64,000 bases of DNA from Alphaproteobacteria bacterium (GTDB taxonomy: Bacteria; Pseudomonadota; Alphaproteobacteria; UBA6615). The stretch lies in assembly GCA_965248805.1 (NCBI GenBank), contig CBDFKJ010000008.1, positions 480,424-544,423 on the forward strand, in the 5' to 3' direction. The notes beneath the pieces were generated by a model. The model saw only the letters and a list, made by a program, of their open reading frames with translations, ran no database searches and was not told the DNA's origin. This document shows, in pieces, positions 22,316-32,993 of the stretch (positions are counted from its first letter, which is position 1; every line of letters begins with the position of its first letter). A program made the position numbers and the translations under genes.

Positions 22316-23305
22316 ATGGAACAGTTCACGTTCTTTGTCCTGCTGCTCGACGCGACGCTGCGCGTTTCGGTGCCGCTTGTGCTTGCGGCCCTGGCCGGGC
22401 TTTTCGCCGAGCGCTCAGGCGTGTTCGATATCAGCCTGGAGGGCAAGATGCTGGCGGCCGCGTTCGGCGCCGCCTCCATGGGCGTGGTCACCGGCTCCGC
22501 CTGGTTCGGACTGTCCGGCGGCATCGCTGTGTCGACCGCATTCGCCATGCTGCACGGCTGGGCGTGCATCACCCATCGCGGCAATCAGATTGTCTCGGGC
22601 ATCGCCATCAACATCCTGGCCGCGGGCCTGACGGTGGTTCTGGGCATCACGTTCTTCCGTCAGGGTGGGCGCACCCCACAACTGCCGCGCGAGGCGCGAT
22701 TCACGCCGCTGGACCTGCCGGGGGCGGAAGCGCTGGCCGACGTGCCGGTGCTCGGCACCGTCTATTCGGAGCTGCTGTCCGGACACAACCTGTTGGTCTA
22801 CGTCGCGTTCGCGATGGTGCCGCTGACGTGGTGGGTGCTCTACCGCACCCGGTTCGGTTTGCGCCTGCGTGCCGTCGGCGAGAGTCCGGAAGCCGTCGAT
22901 ACCGCCGGCATTTCCGTTGCCGCGATGCGCTATCGGGCGCTGTTGGTGACCGGTGCGTTGTGCGGCATCGCCGGCACCTACCTGTCGATGGCGCAGAGCG
23001 CCGCCTTCTTCAAGGACATGACCGCCGGCAAGGGTTTCATCGCGCTGGCGGCGCTGATCTTCGGCAAGTGGCGGCCGGTGCCGACCATGTTGGCCTGCCT
23101 TTTGTTCGGCTTCCTGGAGGCCGTCGCGGCACGTGTTCAGTTCGATCTGAGGGGGGCGACCGGTCTGGTGCGCGAGCTGGCGCGGGCGCTGCCGTTTATC
23201 ATCGAGGCCATGCCGTACATCCTGGTTGTCTTACTGCTCGCCGGGTTTGTCGGCACGGCGGTGGCGCCGAAGGCCGGCGGCATCCCCTACGTCAAGGAAC
23301 GCTGA
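22316..23305 (+). CDS. ABC transporter permease, second subunit. The true start is MEQFTFF at 22316; the longer 21770..23305 ORF is an artefact.
   Basis: Hydrophobic permease sequence. An ATG follows 5 nt after the upstream stop. Confidence 0.85.
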   Translation: MEQFTFFVLLLDATLRVSVPLVLAALAGLFAERSGVFDISLEGKMLAAAFGAASMGVVTGSAWFGLSGGIAVSTAFAMLHGWACITHRGNQIVSGIAINILAAGLTVVLGITFFRQGGRTPQLPREARFTPLDLPGAEALADVPVLGTVYSELLSGHNLLVYVAFAMVPLTWWVLYRTRFGLRLRAVGESPEAVDTAGISVAAMRYRALLVTGALCGIAGTYLSMAQSAAFFKDMTAGKGFIALAALIFGKWRPVPTMLACLLFGFLEAVAARVQFDLRGATGLVRELARALPFIIEAMPYILVVLLLAGFVGTAVAPKAGGIPYVKER

Positions 23306-23742
23306 TGGCCGAGTTCGAGGCCATGTTTCGCCTCGCGCGCGTGGCCATGGATCATGCCTATGCACCCTATTCGAGCTTCCATGTCGGGGCCTGCGTGTGC
23401 GGCGCCGATGGCGGACTGTTCGCAGGCTGCAATGTGGAGAACGCCGCCTACCCACAGGGCTGGTGCGCCGAGCCGTCGGCACTGTCGGCGCTGGTCGCCG
23501 CCGGTGAGCGGCGCGTCGTCGAGGTGGTCGTGATCGGCGCGCGCAGTGACGGTACCGGTGGCTATGCCGACGATCCGGAACTCCTGTGCACGCCATGCGG
23601 CGGTTGCCGGCAGAAGCTGCGCGAGTTCGCCGCGCCGGATACGCAAGTGCACGTCTGCGGCCCGGACGGGCTGCGCCGCACATTCACGATCGAGGAGCTT
23701 CTGCCGGCCTCGTTCGGACCACACAATTTGGCCGGTTCGTGA
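23305..23742 (+). CDS. cdd: Cytidine deaminase
   Basis: CDA zinc motifs (CAE...PCGGCRQ). The start ATG overlaps the permease stop. Confidence 0.85.
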   Translation: MAEFEAMFRLARVAMDHAYAPYSSFHVGACVCGADGGLFAGCNVENAAYPQGWCAEPSALSALVAAGERRVVEVVVIGARSDGTGGYADDPELLCTPCGGCRQKLREFAAPDTQVHVCGPDGLRRTFTIEELLPASFGPHNLAGS

Positions 23743-24584
23743 GCGAGGCCGCCGCCGTCATCGCCGCGCGCACGCCCGGCTTCGCCCCGCGTGTCGGACT
23801 GGTGCTAGGCTCCGGCCTCGGCGGACTCGTCGCGGCGATCGAGAATGCCACGACCATTCAGTATGCCGATCTGCCGGGGTTTCCTCGACTGTCGGTGGCC
23901 GGACATGGCGGTGCGCTGCACCTCGGCCGCCTCGCCGGCGCTCCGGTCGCGTGCCTGCAGGGCCGCGCCCACGCCTACGAGGGAAGCGGCGCCGGAGTGA
24001 TGAACGCCGCCGTCCGCACGCTGCAGCAAATCGGCTGCGAGATCCTGCTGCTCACCAACGCCGCCGGCTCGCTGCGCGAAGACATGGGGCCGGGCAGCCT
24101 GATGGCGTTCAGCGACCACATCAGCTTCACCGGCATGAACCCGCTGGCGGGCGATGCCGGCGCCGGGGCCGCCGACCCGTTCGTCGATTTGGGACAGGCC
24201 TACGACCCTGACTTGCGGGCCGAGCTGCGGCAAGCCGCGTCGCGCGCCGGCGTGACGCTGCGCGAGGGCGTCTATATCTGGTTCACCGGCCCCAGCTTCG
24301 AAACGCCGGCCGAGATCCGCGCCGCGCGCACTCTCGGCGCCGACGCGGTCGGCATGTCGACCGTGCCCGAAGCGATCGTCGCCCGTCAGGCGGGAATGCG
24401 CGTCGCCGCGGTGAGCATGATCACCAACCTGGCGGCCGGCATGAGCGCCGAGACGCTTTCCCATGCCCACACGCTGGAGCAGGCGAAATCGGCGGCGGCA
24501 GCGGCGCAGCGGCTTTTCGGGGAATTCCTCGCAGGTTTCGCCGCCGGTCGTGACTCGCTGCGCTCGCCAGGCGGCGGTGCGTGA
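23739..24584 (+). CDS. Purine nucleoside phosphorylase (PunA/XapA type). The start is probably GTG at 23739.
   Basis: PNP family-1 motifs (GLVLGSGLG, ..HAYEG.., TNAAGSL, GMSTVPE). Confidence 0.85.
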   Translation: MSEAAAVIAARTPGFAPRVGLVLGSGLGGLVAAIENATTIQYADLPGFPRLSVAGHGGALHLGRLAGAPVACLQGRAHAYEGSGAGVMNAAVRTLQQIGCEILLLTNAAGSLREDMGPGSLMAFSDHISFTGMNPLAGDAGAGAADPFVDLGQAYDPDLRAELRQAASRAGVTLREGVYIWFTGPSFETPAEIRAARTLGADAVGMSTVPEAIVARQAGMRVAAVSMITNLAAGMSAETLSHAHTLEQAKSAAAAAQRLFGEFLAGFAAGRDSLRSPGGGA

Positions 24585-25591
24585 GTCATAGTGGAGCGAT
24601 GGCCGACGCTAGCACGATCGAAGGCTCAGGAGCGCGCATACACGCCTTGCGTGCGCGCAATCCGGGCTTGGCGTTGCAACTCGATTGGCTGGACGAGGTG
24701 CGCATCAATCTCAGCGCGGTCGAGCGACGGACGGCGACGCTGATCACCCGGCGCACGGTGAAGAAGGACTGGCAGGCGGCGTGGTTGCTCAAGGCTGTCA
24801 CATGCATGGATCTGACCACGTTGTCCGGCGACGACACGCCCGGTCGCGTTCGCCGGTTGTGCGCCAAGGCGCGCCGGCCGGTGCGCGCCGAGTTGCTGCA
24901 GGCGCTGGGGATGGCCGACCTGACGGTGGGCGCGGTGTGCGTCTACCACCGGATGTTGCCGACCGCGGTCGAAGCGCTGGAGGGTAGCGGCATCCCGGTC
25001 GCCGCGGTCTCGGCGGGCTTCCCGGCAGGCCTGTCGCCGTTGGAAACCCGCATCGGCGAGGTCGAGGCCTCGGTGGCGGCCGGCGCACGCGAGATCGACA
25101 TCGTCATCACCCGCGCCCATGTACTGACCGGTGACTGGCAGGCGCTGTACGACGAGGTGCGGGCGTTTCGCGCGGCGTGCGGTGCTGCGCATCTGAAGAC
25201 CATCCTGGGCACCGGCGATCTGGCGACCTTGCGCAACGTCGCCAAGGCCTCGCTGGTGGCGATGATGGCCGGCGCCGACTTCATCAAGACCTCCACCGGC
25301 AAGGAGGCGACCAACGCAACTTTGCCGGTCAGCCTGGTCATGGCGCGCATGATCCGCGCCTACCATGAGCGCACCGGACATCAAGTGGGCTTCAAGCCCG
25401 CCGGCGGCATATCCACGGCGAAGGATGCGCTCGCCTATTTGATCCTGATGAAGGAGGAACTGGGCCGCGCCTGGATGGAGCCGACGCTCCTTCGGCTGGG
25501 GGCCTCCAGTCTGCTCACCGACATCGAGCGCCAGATCGAGCACCACGTGAGCGGCCGCTATTCCGCCAACCACCGGCACCCGCTGCCGTAG
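24581..25591 (+). CDS. deoC: Deoxyribose-phosphate aldolase (long form)
   Basis: DeoC class-I aldolase features including the Schiff-base Lys region (DFIKTSTGK). 336 aa. Confidence 0.85.
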   Translation: MSHSGAMADASTIEGSGARIHALRARNPGLALQLDWLDEVRINLSAVERRTATLITRRTVKKDWQAAWLLKAVTCMDLTTLSGDDTPGRVRRLCAKARRPVRAELLQALGMADLTVGAVCVYHRMLPTAVEALEGSGIPVAAVSAGFPAGLSPLETRIGEVEASVAAGAREIDIVITRAHVLTGDWQALYDEVRAFRAACGAAHLKTILGTGDLATLRNVAKASLVAMMAGADFIKTSTGKEATNATLPVSLVMARMIRAYHERTGHQVGFKPAGGISTAKDALAYLILMKEELGRAWMEPTLLRLGASSLLTDIERQIEHHVSGRYSANHRHPLP

Positions 25592-25602
25592 GTCCCGATC
25601 GG

Positions 25603-26697
25603 CTACTCCGCCGCCCGTTGGGTGGGCACCGGCGGCGCGAACACTTCATGGGCGCGGGCGATGCCGCGCAGAGTGTGCCGGCCCATCGATTGCCAATCGA
25701 GCGGCAATTGGCGGGCGAAAGCTGCACTCGCCAGCACCGGCTGTGCGAGTTCCTTGGCGAGGTCCTGAATCCGTGCCACCGCGTTTGCGGCGGGGCCGAC
25801 AACGGTGAACTGCAGCCGTTCCGGCACGCCGATATTGCCGAACATCAGGTTGCCGAGATGCAATCCGATGCCGCATGCCAGCACCAGTCCGTCGTCGCGA
25901 TCGCGGTTCGACGCGGCAAGCCGCCGCTCGACTTCCGCGACGGCACGCAGGGCGGCCTCGCACGCCGCCGGCGCTTCGGTCTCGCCGATGGGAAAGATCG
26001 CCAGCACCGCATCGCCAAGCAGCAACAACACCTCGCCGCCTTCGGCCATCACCGCGCCGGTGGTGGCCTGGAAGTAGTCGTTGAGTAGGCTCAGATAGCG
26101 GTCCGGCGGCAGCGATTCCGCCAGTCCCGTGGAGTCGCGTAGGTCGCTGTACCAGATGGCGGCGTGGATCGTCTCGTTATCGCCACGCTGGATCTGGCCC
26201 GACAGCACCCGCCGGCCGGCGTTGGGTCCGAGGTAGGCATCGACGATGTTGCGCGAGATCTCGTTCTTGATCTTGACCTTGCAAGCCACCGCGAGGCGCT
26301 GCTGCACGCGCATGAGAGCCCGGATGTCACCCTCGCTGAAGCCCGACGGCCGGTCGGTCGCCCAGGAGCCGATGATGCCGTCGTCCCACTGGTCATTAAA
26401 CGGAACCGCGAACGCCAGGTAATCTGTCGCGCCTTCGTCGCGCAGCTCGGCGAGGAGAGGGAAGTCCTGCATCGCTTCGGAGCCGATCAGTCGTCTGCGT
26501 AACAGCGGCAAGCGCGAGGTGATGGGGCGACTGAGCGGGCTGTTGTGCCAGTCACCAGTCTCCGCTTGTTCGCGGCTTATGCCTTCCGCTGCGATGCCTT
26601 TGTCACGCAGCCAAGTGATGCTGACGACGCTAATGAGCGGATGCAGCGTGCGAAAGGAGACGTGGCCGCGCCATACCGGGACGCCGGCGGCGGACAA
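25603..26697 (-). CDS. Class III adenylate/guanylate cyclase with an N-terminal regulatory domain. An in-frame TAG at 26752-26754 separates it from a further 66-codon same-frame extension.
   Basis: Cyclase catalytic core: GDAVLAIF, metal-binding Asp, FTVVGPAANAVARIQ. The upstream ORF 26752..26952 is in the same frame across a single TAG. Confidence 0.8.
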   Translation of the reverse strand: MSAAGVPVWRGHVSFRTLHPLISVVSITWLRDKGIAAEGISREQAETGDWHNSPLSRPITSRLPLLRRRLIGSEAMQDFPLLAELRDEGATDYLAFAVPFNDQWDDGIIGSWATDRPSGFSEGDIRALMRVQQRLAVACKVKIKNEISRNIVDAYLGPNAGRRVLSGQIQRGDNETIHAAIWYSDLRDSTGLAESLPPDRYLSLLNDYFQATTGAVMAEGGEVLLLLGDAVLAIFPIGETEAPAACEAALRAVAEVERRLAASNRDRDDGLVLACGIGLHLGNLMFGNIGVPERLQFTVVGPAANAVARIQDLAKELAQPVLASAAFARQLPLDWQSMGRHTLRGIARAHEVFAPPVPTQRAAE

Positions 26698-27039
26698 CCG
26701 CGCGCAGCAGCCGTCGACGATCTCCTCGACCTCTTGCGTGCCCGTCAGCGCCTAGTCCATCAGCCAATCGGTGACGGCGTCGATCAGCGCGGTTCCGGTC
26801 GGCGATGTGTCGTTCACGATCGCCTTAGACTGGATCGCCCTGATATCTGACGAGGACTGCATAGAGACATGCCGTTGCACTACATACGCAGCGCCAACCA
26901 TCGACGCCATCCTGATCGACGGCGAGACCCAAGCCCCGCACCAAGTGGTCACCTGACGACTAAGCCTTACGGCAGTTCCGGGCCGAGCGGCTCCCGTTGT
27001 CGATCCATCGGCTCCTGTTGGTGCCGACGAGGCTTCGCC

Positions 27040-27576
27040 TCATTGTGCACTGAGCATCTTCTCTATGCTATCGAAGCCGGCCTGATAGATCCCGCCGATC
27101 AACTCGGCCGCTTCCTGATCGGACACTCCATTGGCATCGAAAGTCGAGGTCCAGGTGACCATCGCACTGCCGCTATTCGGACCCGGCGCGACTGCCAGGT
27201 TAGAGACATAGTTTGCGACCGGTAAGGGTCCCTCGAGGATGGCGTAGCGGTAGTGCCTGTCGCTGAAGCTGTAGTCCAGCAGGAGCTCGCGGATCACGCC
27301 GCCGTCGCCCAGCGTCAGGGTGCGGTGGATGCCGCTGCCGCCTTCGCCGTCGACGGCGCTCTTCTCGATCGCAGGATGCCAGCGATCGATGGTACCGAAC
27401 TCACCGATCATGGCCCAGACCTTATCGGGTGAATGGCTCAACGTGGCCTGCTTGGAGACCTCGACCGCCCCGGCACCGACACTCCCCAATGCCCAGGTTA
27501 GAATGATCGCTGCCCCGGCCGCTACGCGCCGCGCCGTATGACGGACGGTCTGGGATTTGGTGCTTCCCATCTGCAT
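27040..27576 (-). CDS. SRPBCC-family (polyketide cyclase/START-like) protein with a signal peptide
   Basis: Signal peptide plus SRPBCC-like segment (VWAMIGEFGTIDRWHPAIEKS). Confidence 0.6.
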   Translation of the reverse strand: MQMGSTKSQTVRHTARRVAAGAAIILTWALGSVGAGAVEVSKQATLSHSPDKVWAMIGEFGTIDRWHPAIEKSAVDGEGGSGIHRTLTLGDGGVIRELLLDYSFSDRHYRYAILEGPLPVANYVSNLAVAPGPNSGSAMVTWTSTFDANGVSDQEAAELIGGIYQAGFDSIEKMLSAQ

Positions 27577-27729
27577 TGTAGATCCTCTCTGTCGGATTAG
27601 TTCGGCTCGTCTTTGGCGTTCCGGCCGCACCGCCCGCGAAGCCCTCGATCGGAACCGGCCTTTACCGTCATCTATTTGAGTTTTTTCTGGAGCCAGTCAA
27701 GTCGGGTCTCCCGGCGCACGCGGTAATAC

Positions 27730-28836
27730 TTAGAACGTCACGACGCTGCGGATCGACTTACCTTCGTGCATCAGGTCGAAGGCGTCATTGATCTGCCCAA
27801 GCGGCATGGTGTGAGTGATCAGGTCGTCGATATTGATCTTGCCGTCCATGTACCAGTCGACGATGCGCGGCACCTCGGTGCGGCCGCGCGCGCCGCCAAA
27901 GGCGGTGCCGCGCCAGACCCGGCCGGTGACCAGTTGGAACGGTCGTGTGGCGATCTCCTGGCCGGCGGGCGCGACGCCGATGATGACGCTCTCGCCCCAG
28001 CCCTTGTGGCAACATTCCAGCGCCTGCCGCATGGTCTCGACATTGCCGATGCACTCGAACGAATAGTCGGCGCCGCCCTTGGTGAGCTCGACCAGATGAG
28101 CCACCAGTTCGCCGCCGACGTTCATCGGATCGACGAAATGCGTCATGCCGAACTTGCGCGCTAGCTCCACCTTCGCGGGATTAGTGTCGACGCCGACGAT
28201 CATGTCGGCGCCGACCAGCCGCGCGCCTTGGATGACGTTCAGTCCGATGCCGCCGAGGCCGAAGACGACCACATTGGCGCCGGGCTCGACCTTGGCCGTG
28301 TTGATCACCGCGCCCAGGCCGGTGGTCACGCCACAGCCGATGTAGCAGACCTTGTCGAACGGCGCGTCGGCGCGGATCTTCGCCACCGCGATCTCCGGCA
28401 GCACGGTGAAGTTGGCGAAGGTCGAGGTGCCCATGTAGTGATGGATCGCCGCGCCGCCGGATGAGAAGCGGCTCGTGCCGTCGGGCATCACCCCGCGTCC
28501 CTGGGTCTCGCGGATCGCCTGGCAGAGATTCGTCTTGCCCGAGAGGCAGTAGTCGCACTGCCGGCATTCGGGCGTGTAGAGCGGGATCACGTGGTCGCCC
28601 GGCTTGACGCTGGTGACGCCGGAGCCCATTTCGACCACCACGCCTGCGCCTTCGTGTCCGAGGATCGCGGGAAACAGCCCTTCGGGGTCGGCGCCCGAGA
28701 GCGTGTAGGCGTCGGTGCGGCAGACGCCGGTGGCCTTGATCTCGACCAACACCTCGCCCGCCTTCGGACCGTCCAGCCGCACGGTCTCGATGGACAGGGG
28801 CTTGCCGGATTCGTGGGCGACTGCGGCGCGAACTTC
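27730..28836 (-). CDS. frmA: S-(hydroxymethyl)glutathione dehydrogenase / class III alcohol dehydrogenase
   Basis: Zn-ADH motifs GHEGAGVV, catalytic/structural Zn Cys cluster CRQCDYC, NAD fold GLGGIGL. 368 aa from MEVRAAV. Confidence 0.9.
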   Translation of the reverse strand, partial: EVRAAVAHESGKPLSIETVRLDGPKAGEVLVEIKATGVCRTDAYTLSGADPEGLFPAILGHEGAGVVVEMGSGVTSVKPGDHVIPLYTPECRQCDYCLSGKTNLCQAIRETQGRGVMPDGTSRFSSGGAAIHHYMGTSTFANFTVLPEIAVAKIRADAPFDKVCYIGCGVTTGLGAVINTAKVEPGANVVVFGLGGIGLNVIQGARLVGADMIVGVDTNPAKVELARKFGMTHFVDPMNVGGELVAHLVELTKGGADYSFECIGNVETMRQALECCHKGWGESVIIGVAPAGQEIATRPFQLVTGRVWRGTAFGGARGRTEVPRIVDWYMDGKINIDDLITHTMPLGQINDAFDLMHEGKSIRSVVTF

Positions 28837-28985
28837 CATTATTGCACTCTGGCTGAAGGCTCGAGTGCGCATCATTTCAGCCGCCGCGCCGGCGTGCAAC
28901 ACGACGGCGCGTAACTCCATCGGCTGCCGTCAAAAAAGAAGGCTCAATTCGCGAAGCGTATGCGTAGTGGTAGACTGTTCCCCGA

Positions 28986-29967
28986 TTGGCGTGGGAGATC
29001 AGGCAGATGGATCGCGAGCGGTTTCGCGACTGGTTTTCGCATGTTGATGAGTTGACGGCGGCGCAGCGCAAGGAGGTCGCGGCGGTGTTGTCGGAGCTGT
29101 CGGAGGGCGCAGCCTCGCTGGCGGCGATCGAACTGGGCGTGGACGACGAGCGGTGCTGTCCTCATTGCGGCGGCGGCGGGGCGGTGTCGCGGGGCAAGGC
29201 ACGCGGTCTGCGTCGCTTATCGCTGCAAGGCCTGTGGGAAGACATTCGGCGCGCTCACCGGCACGGCGCTGTCGGGCCTGCACCACAAGGAGCGCTGGCT
29301 GGCCTTCGGCGCGTCGCTTGCCGAAGGCGAGACGATACGAGAGGCTGCCGAGCGCTGCGGGATTGCGCCGAGCACGGCGTTTCGCTGGCGCCACCGCTTT
29401 CTGGAGGCGGTTCGGCAAGCGCCGGACCGGCTTGCCGGGATCGTCGAGGCCGACGAGACCTTCGTTCTTGAGAGCCGGAAGGGAGAGCGGAAGCTGGACC
29501 GCAAGCCGCGCCGGCGCGGCGGCAAGGCCCGCAAACGCGGCCTCTCGCGCGAGCAGGTGCCGGTCCTGGTCGCCGCCGACCGAGCCGGCGCGACCCTCAG
29601 CCATACCCTGCCCGCTCTCAACGCAGACAGCGTGAAGGAGGCGCTGGAGCCGGTCGTCGCCCGCGATGCCTTGCTCGTCTCCGACGCCAACCGCTGCTAT
29701 CCGCCCGTCGCGGCGGCGCTCGACATCCCTCACGAGAGCATCAACGGCGCCGCCGGCGAGCGGGTCCGCGGCGCCCTGCACATCCAGACGGTCAACAGCC
29801 GCCACAGCCAGATCAAGGGCTTCCTGCGAGGCTTCCACGGCATCGCTACCAAGTACCTCGACAGCTATCTCAGGTGGTTCCATCTCATCGAACTCGGCGA
29901 CCGGCCGTCCCCGAGAGCCTGTCTCCAAGCGGCGATGGCTAAACCATGCCTACGGTTTGCGTATTGA
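28986..29967 (+). pseudogene. IS1595-family transposase of a second, different IS1595-group element. Frameshifted at ~29212: one extra T in CGC TTA TCG disrupts ..GLRRYRCKACGKTF.
   Basis: N-terminal zinc ribbon CCPHCGG...YRCKACGKTF (only after frame correction) and DDE domain continuing into ORF 29557..29967. The two ORFs join by a +1 frame change. Confidence 0.8.
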
Positions 29968-29980
29968 GCCAAAAAGAACC

Positions 29981-30002
29981 GGGGGCGCGAACGCCCCCGG
30001 CT
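29981..30002 (-). terminator. Rho-independent terminator downstream of the flagellin gene. 9-bp GC stem CCGGGGGCG/CGCCCCCGG followed on the minus strand by TTCTTTTTGG.
   Basis: Perfect inverted repeat with a 4-nt loop and a T-tract immediately 3' on the flagellin coding strand. Confidence 0.6.
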
Positions 30003-30028
30003 CCCAGTTCAGCGCTAGGATCAGTCGT

Positions 30029-30867
30029 TTACCGGAATAGTGCCAGCACCGACTGTTCGCTCTGACCGGCGAAGGCCAGTGAGCTGATGGCCAACTGCTG
30101 ACGAGTCTGCAGGGCCACCAAGTTGGCGCCTTCTTCGTTGATGTCGGCCAGTGTCAACTTGTCCGAACCTTCCTCATGGACACCCGCATATTTCTCGGTG
30201 AAGTCGAGACGGGTCTGCAGTAGGGAGACGTTCGAACCGAGCGCCGACGCTTTACCACGGAGCGTGGTGACCGCGGCGTCCAACTCGGCGATGGCCGCGT
30301 CGACGTTCGACGCAAGGCTGAAGCCCGCCGCTGACGCACCGCCCGCCGACGTAATGCTGAGGCCGGTCGTAGCGTTCGTCAGGTCGACAGACGCGATGGA
30401 CAAAAGGCTGGTCGTCAAGTTACTGAAGGAAACGGCCAGCGTCGTGCCCGTGCCGTTGACCAGATTGGTGCCCTGATACGACGCGTCGGCCGCCAGCAGG
30501 TTGATCTGGGCGTTCAGGTCATCGTACTGCGAGACGAGATCGGACAGCTCGGTGCCGGTCGCCGTCTTGGCAGAGATCGCCAGACCCTTGGGCTGGCGGA
30601 CGATGGTGTCGATGGAGTCGATCGCCTCGAGCGCGGCGCTAACCGTGCTGATACCCTGGTCGATACCGTCCTTCTTCTCGTTGAAGTCAAAGGCACGGTC
30701 GTCAAGCACCTTGGACTGGAAGAACTTGGTGGCGTCGTCGAGCGGACTTGCCACCGACAGACCGGACGACAGCCGGCCTTGGGTACGTGCGATGAGGCTA
30801 TTGATACCGGTAAGGGAAAGCAGAATATCCCGCGATGTCGCGGTTAGGGTGATGTCCTGTGCCATGT
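30029..30867 (-). CDS. Flagellin (FliC/Fla family). The start is MAQDITLTA.
   Basis: N-terminal D0/D1 signature (LSLTGINSLIARTQGRLSSGLSVASPLDDA) and C-terminal D0 signature (LVALQTRQQLAISSLAFAGQSEQSVLALFR). Confidence 0.8.
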
Positions 30868-31112
30868 TGCGGCTCCGTTCTGATGTGCAACAGAAGGCCT
30901 TCCTGGCCTCCGGGCGATTCTCGCCCACTGCAGAACTCGCATGGCGAGTGCCATTCGCTCTGCCACAGAAAGTCTCGTAATATCAATCCTTTACAGACCA
31001 GCCGCGCGTGGCGTGCCGGCAATATGTTCGCGGTTGCGGGGAAGATATTTCCGAACGATCGGCAACTTCTGCCGGGCAGCGGGCACAAGCGCGACCGCAG
31101 GGCCGGGGCGAA

Positions 31113-31649
31113 TTAGGCGATGAAATCCAGCATCGTGCCGGTTTGGCGTTCCTCGGCCAGTATGGTCACCTCGGAGAGCGCTGCCGAAAGCGCCAGCGCG
31201 CCCTCGAAGGCCAGAGACAGCGACGTCAGAATACGCCCGTAATACTCGCGCGATTCCTGCACCGCGTCGCGCTGGGCGTCGCGGGCGGCGAACTCGATTT
31301 CGCTGATCTCGAACTCGGTTCGGGAGATCGTGTCTTCCAAACCGTCGGCGGTGTTTACCGCGATATCAACATTGATCTGCACCAGCGTGAGCGACGCTGT
31401 AAAGTCCGCGGTGATATCGTCGATGGTCGCGACCGCGGCGTCGATGTCGGCTTGGGTCGCGAAGTTGTTGTGGACGATGGCCCCCAAGTCGGCGATGGCT
31501 TTGTTCTTGGCGGTGCGTAGGCCGTCGGCCGTGCCGATCAAGTCAGGTTGTGAGCTTGTCCAAGGTCGCCAGAACCTCGGCAAGTTTGGCGTCGAACTCG
31601 GCGACTGTGGCCGGGGCGGAAAACCCGTTCAGTTCGCCCAGATAGTCTA
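31113..31649 (-). pseudogene. Flagellin paralog remnant. The C-terminal ~170 aa are present with an internal frameshift at ~31545, and the N-terminus is removed by the IS630 insertion at 31650.
   Basis: Residue pattern parallel to the intact flagellin (EFDAKLAEVLATLDKL // DIDAAVATIDDI // RILTSLSLAFEGAL versus QYDDLNAQINLLAADA // NVDAAIAELDAAV // QLAISSLAFAGQS). The reading frame breaks once, and the gene abuts the IS630 inverted repeat. Confidence 0.6.
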
Positions 31650-32783
31650 GTGGATTGATCGGAATGAAAGAGTCCGAATTGGGATTCCGTATTTTGCTGT
31701 GTTATGCGAATCTGGCGCATGCGCAGTGGAATCTCCTTCACCCTATCCGCCGGCGACCGTCAGCGATTGCGCGCGGTCGTCGCGGATCCCAAGAGCCCGC
31801 AGAAACACGTCTGGCGGGCACATATTGTCCTTCTCAGCGGCGAGGGTCTGGGCACCTCGGCGATCATGACCGAGACCGGCAAGTCCAAGACCTGCGTGTG
31901 GCGCTGGCAAGAGCGGTTCATGCACGAGGGTGTCGGCGGCCTGCTTCGCGACAAGTCCCGTCCGCCCGGCAAGGCGCTGGTCCCGCTCGATCGTGTCGCC
32001 GAGATCGTGCGCCTGACGCAGCAACCGCCGCCGTTTGAGGCGACCCACTGGACGTTGCGCGCGATGGCCAGGGCGGCCGGTATTGCCGCCTCGACGGTGC
32101 AGGCGATCTGGAAGGCTCACGGTCTCAGCCCACACCGCTGGCGCAACTTCAAGCTGTCGACCGACCCTGCCTTCGCCGAGAAACTCACCGATATCGTCGG
32201 CCTGTATGTCGACCCGCCGGCCCATGCGGTGGTGTTGTCGATCGATGAGAAGTCACAGATCCAGGCGCTCGACCGCCGGTCTGCCGATGAAGAAGGGACG
32301 CGCCGGCACCATGACTACAAACGGCACGGCACGACCACGCTGTTTGCGGCGCTCAACGTTCTGGACGGAACGGTGATCGGCCAGAACATGCAGCGCCACC
32401 GCCATCAGGAGTTCATCCGCTTCCTCAACCGCATCGAGCGCACGGTGCCGGCGGACAAGGCCATCCACGCGATCGTCGACAACTACGCGGCGCACAACAA
32501 GGACAAGGTCCGCGCCTGGCTCGCCCGCCATCCGCGCTGGACTTTCCACTTCACACCGACCTCCTGCTCGTGGCTCAATGCCGTCAAGGGCTTCTTCGCA
32601 AAACTCACCCGGCGGCGGCTCAAGCACGGCGTCTTCCATTCCGTCGTCGATCTCCAGGCCGCAATCAACCGCTTCGTCCGCGAATACAATGCGGCCAACC
32701 CACAGCCATTCATATCGAAAGCCGACCCCGACGACATCATCGCAGCCCGAAACCGAGGGTTCCAAACGTTGGAATCAATCCAC
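31650..32783 (+). mobile_element. IS630-family insertion sequence, copy 1, intact. Transposase 31704..32786 (360 aa). TA target duplication on both sides; terminal IR GTGGATTGAT...
   Basis: DDE Tc1/IS630 transposase (HTH N-terminus, DE..D motif region). The TAG stop is completed by the flanking TA. TA appears at both junctions (cTAgtgg ... ccacTAggc). Confidence 0.85.
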
Positions 32784-32865
32784 TAGGCTCCGGACCCATA
32801 AATCGCTTGAGCCGACGCGGCGCGATGTGATTCACGCTCCCAAACTGCGGGAGTGTTGCGATGGA

Positions 32866-32982
32866 CGATACGTTCTGGCTGAGCGAGGAACAGTTTGCGC
32901 GGCTCGTGCCGCATCTGCCGACGGATACGCGCGGCAAGCCGAGAGTCGACGACCGCCGCGTTATAACAGCCCGGTGATGAAG
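32866..32982 (+). pseudogene. IS5-family (IS427-group) orfA N-terminal fragment (MDDTFWLSEEQFARLVPHLPTDTRGKPRVDDRRVI...), truncated by the adjacent IS insertion
   Basis: The 38-aa translation matches the conserved IS5/IS427 OrfA N-terminus and then ends at the neighbouring element. Confidence 0.6.
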
Positions 32983-32993
32983 TCGCGCTTTGA

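Noticed and set aside
21770-23305. 511-aa ORF spanning the two permeases
   Set aside because: This is an artefact of a long open frame. The second permease starts at the ATG at 22316, just after the first permease stop.
25603-26697. Idea that the cyclase could be a CBASS CD-NTase
   Set aside because: It has a canonical class-III cyclase catalytic core, and no effector or ancillary CBASS genes are adjacent.
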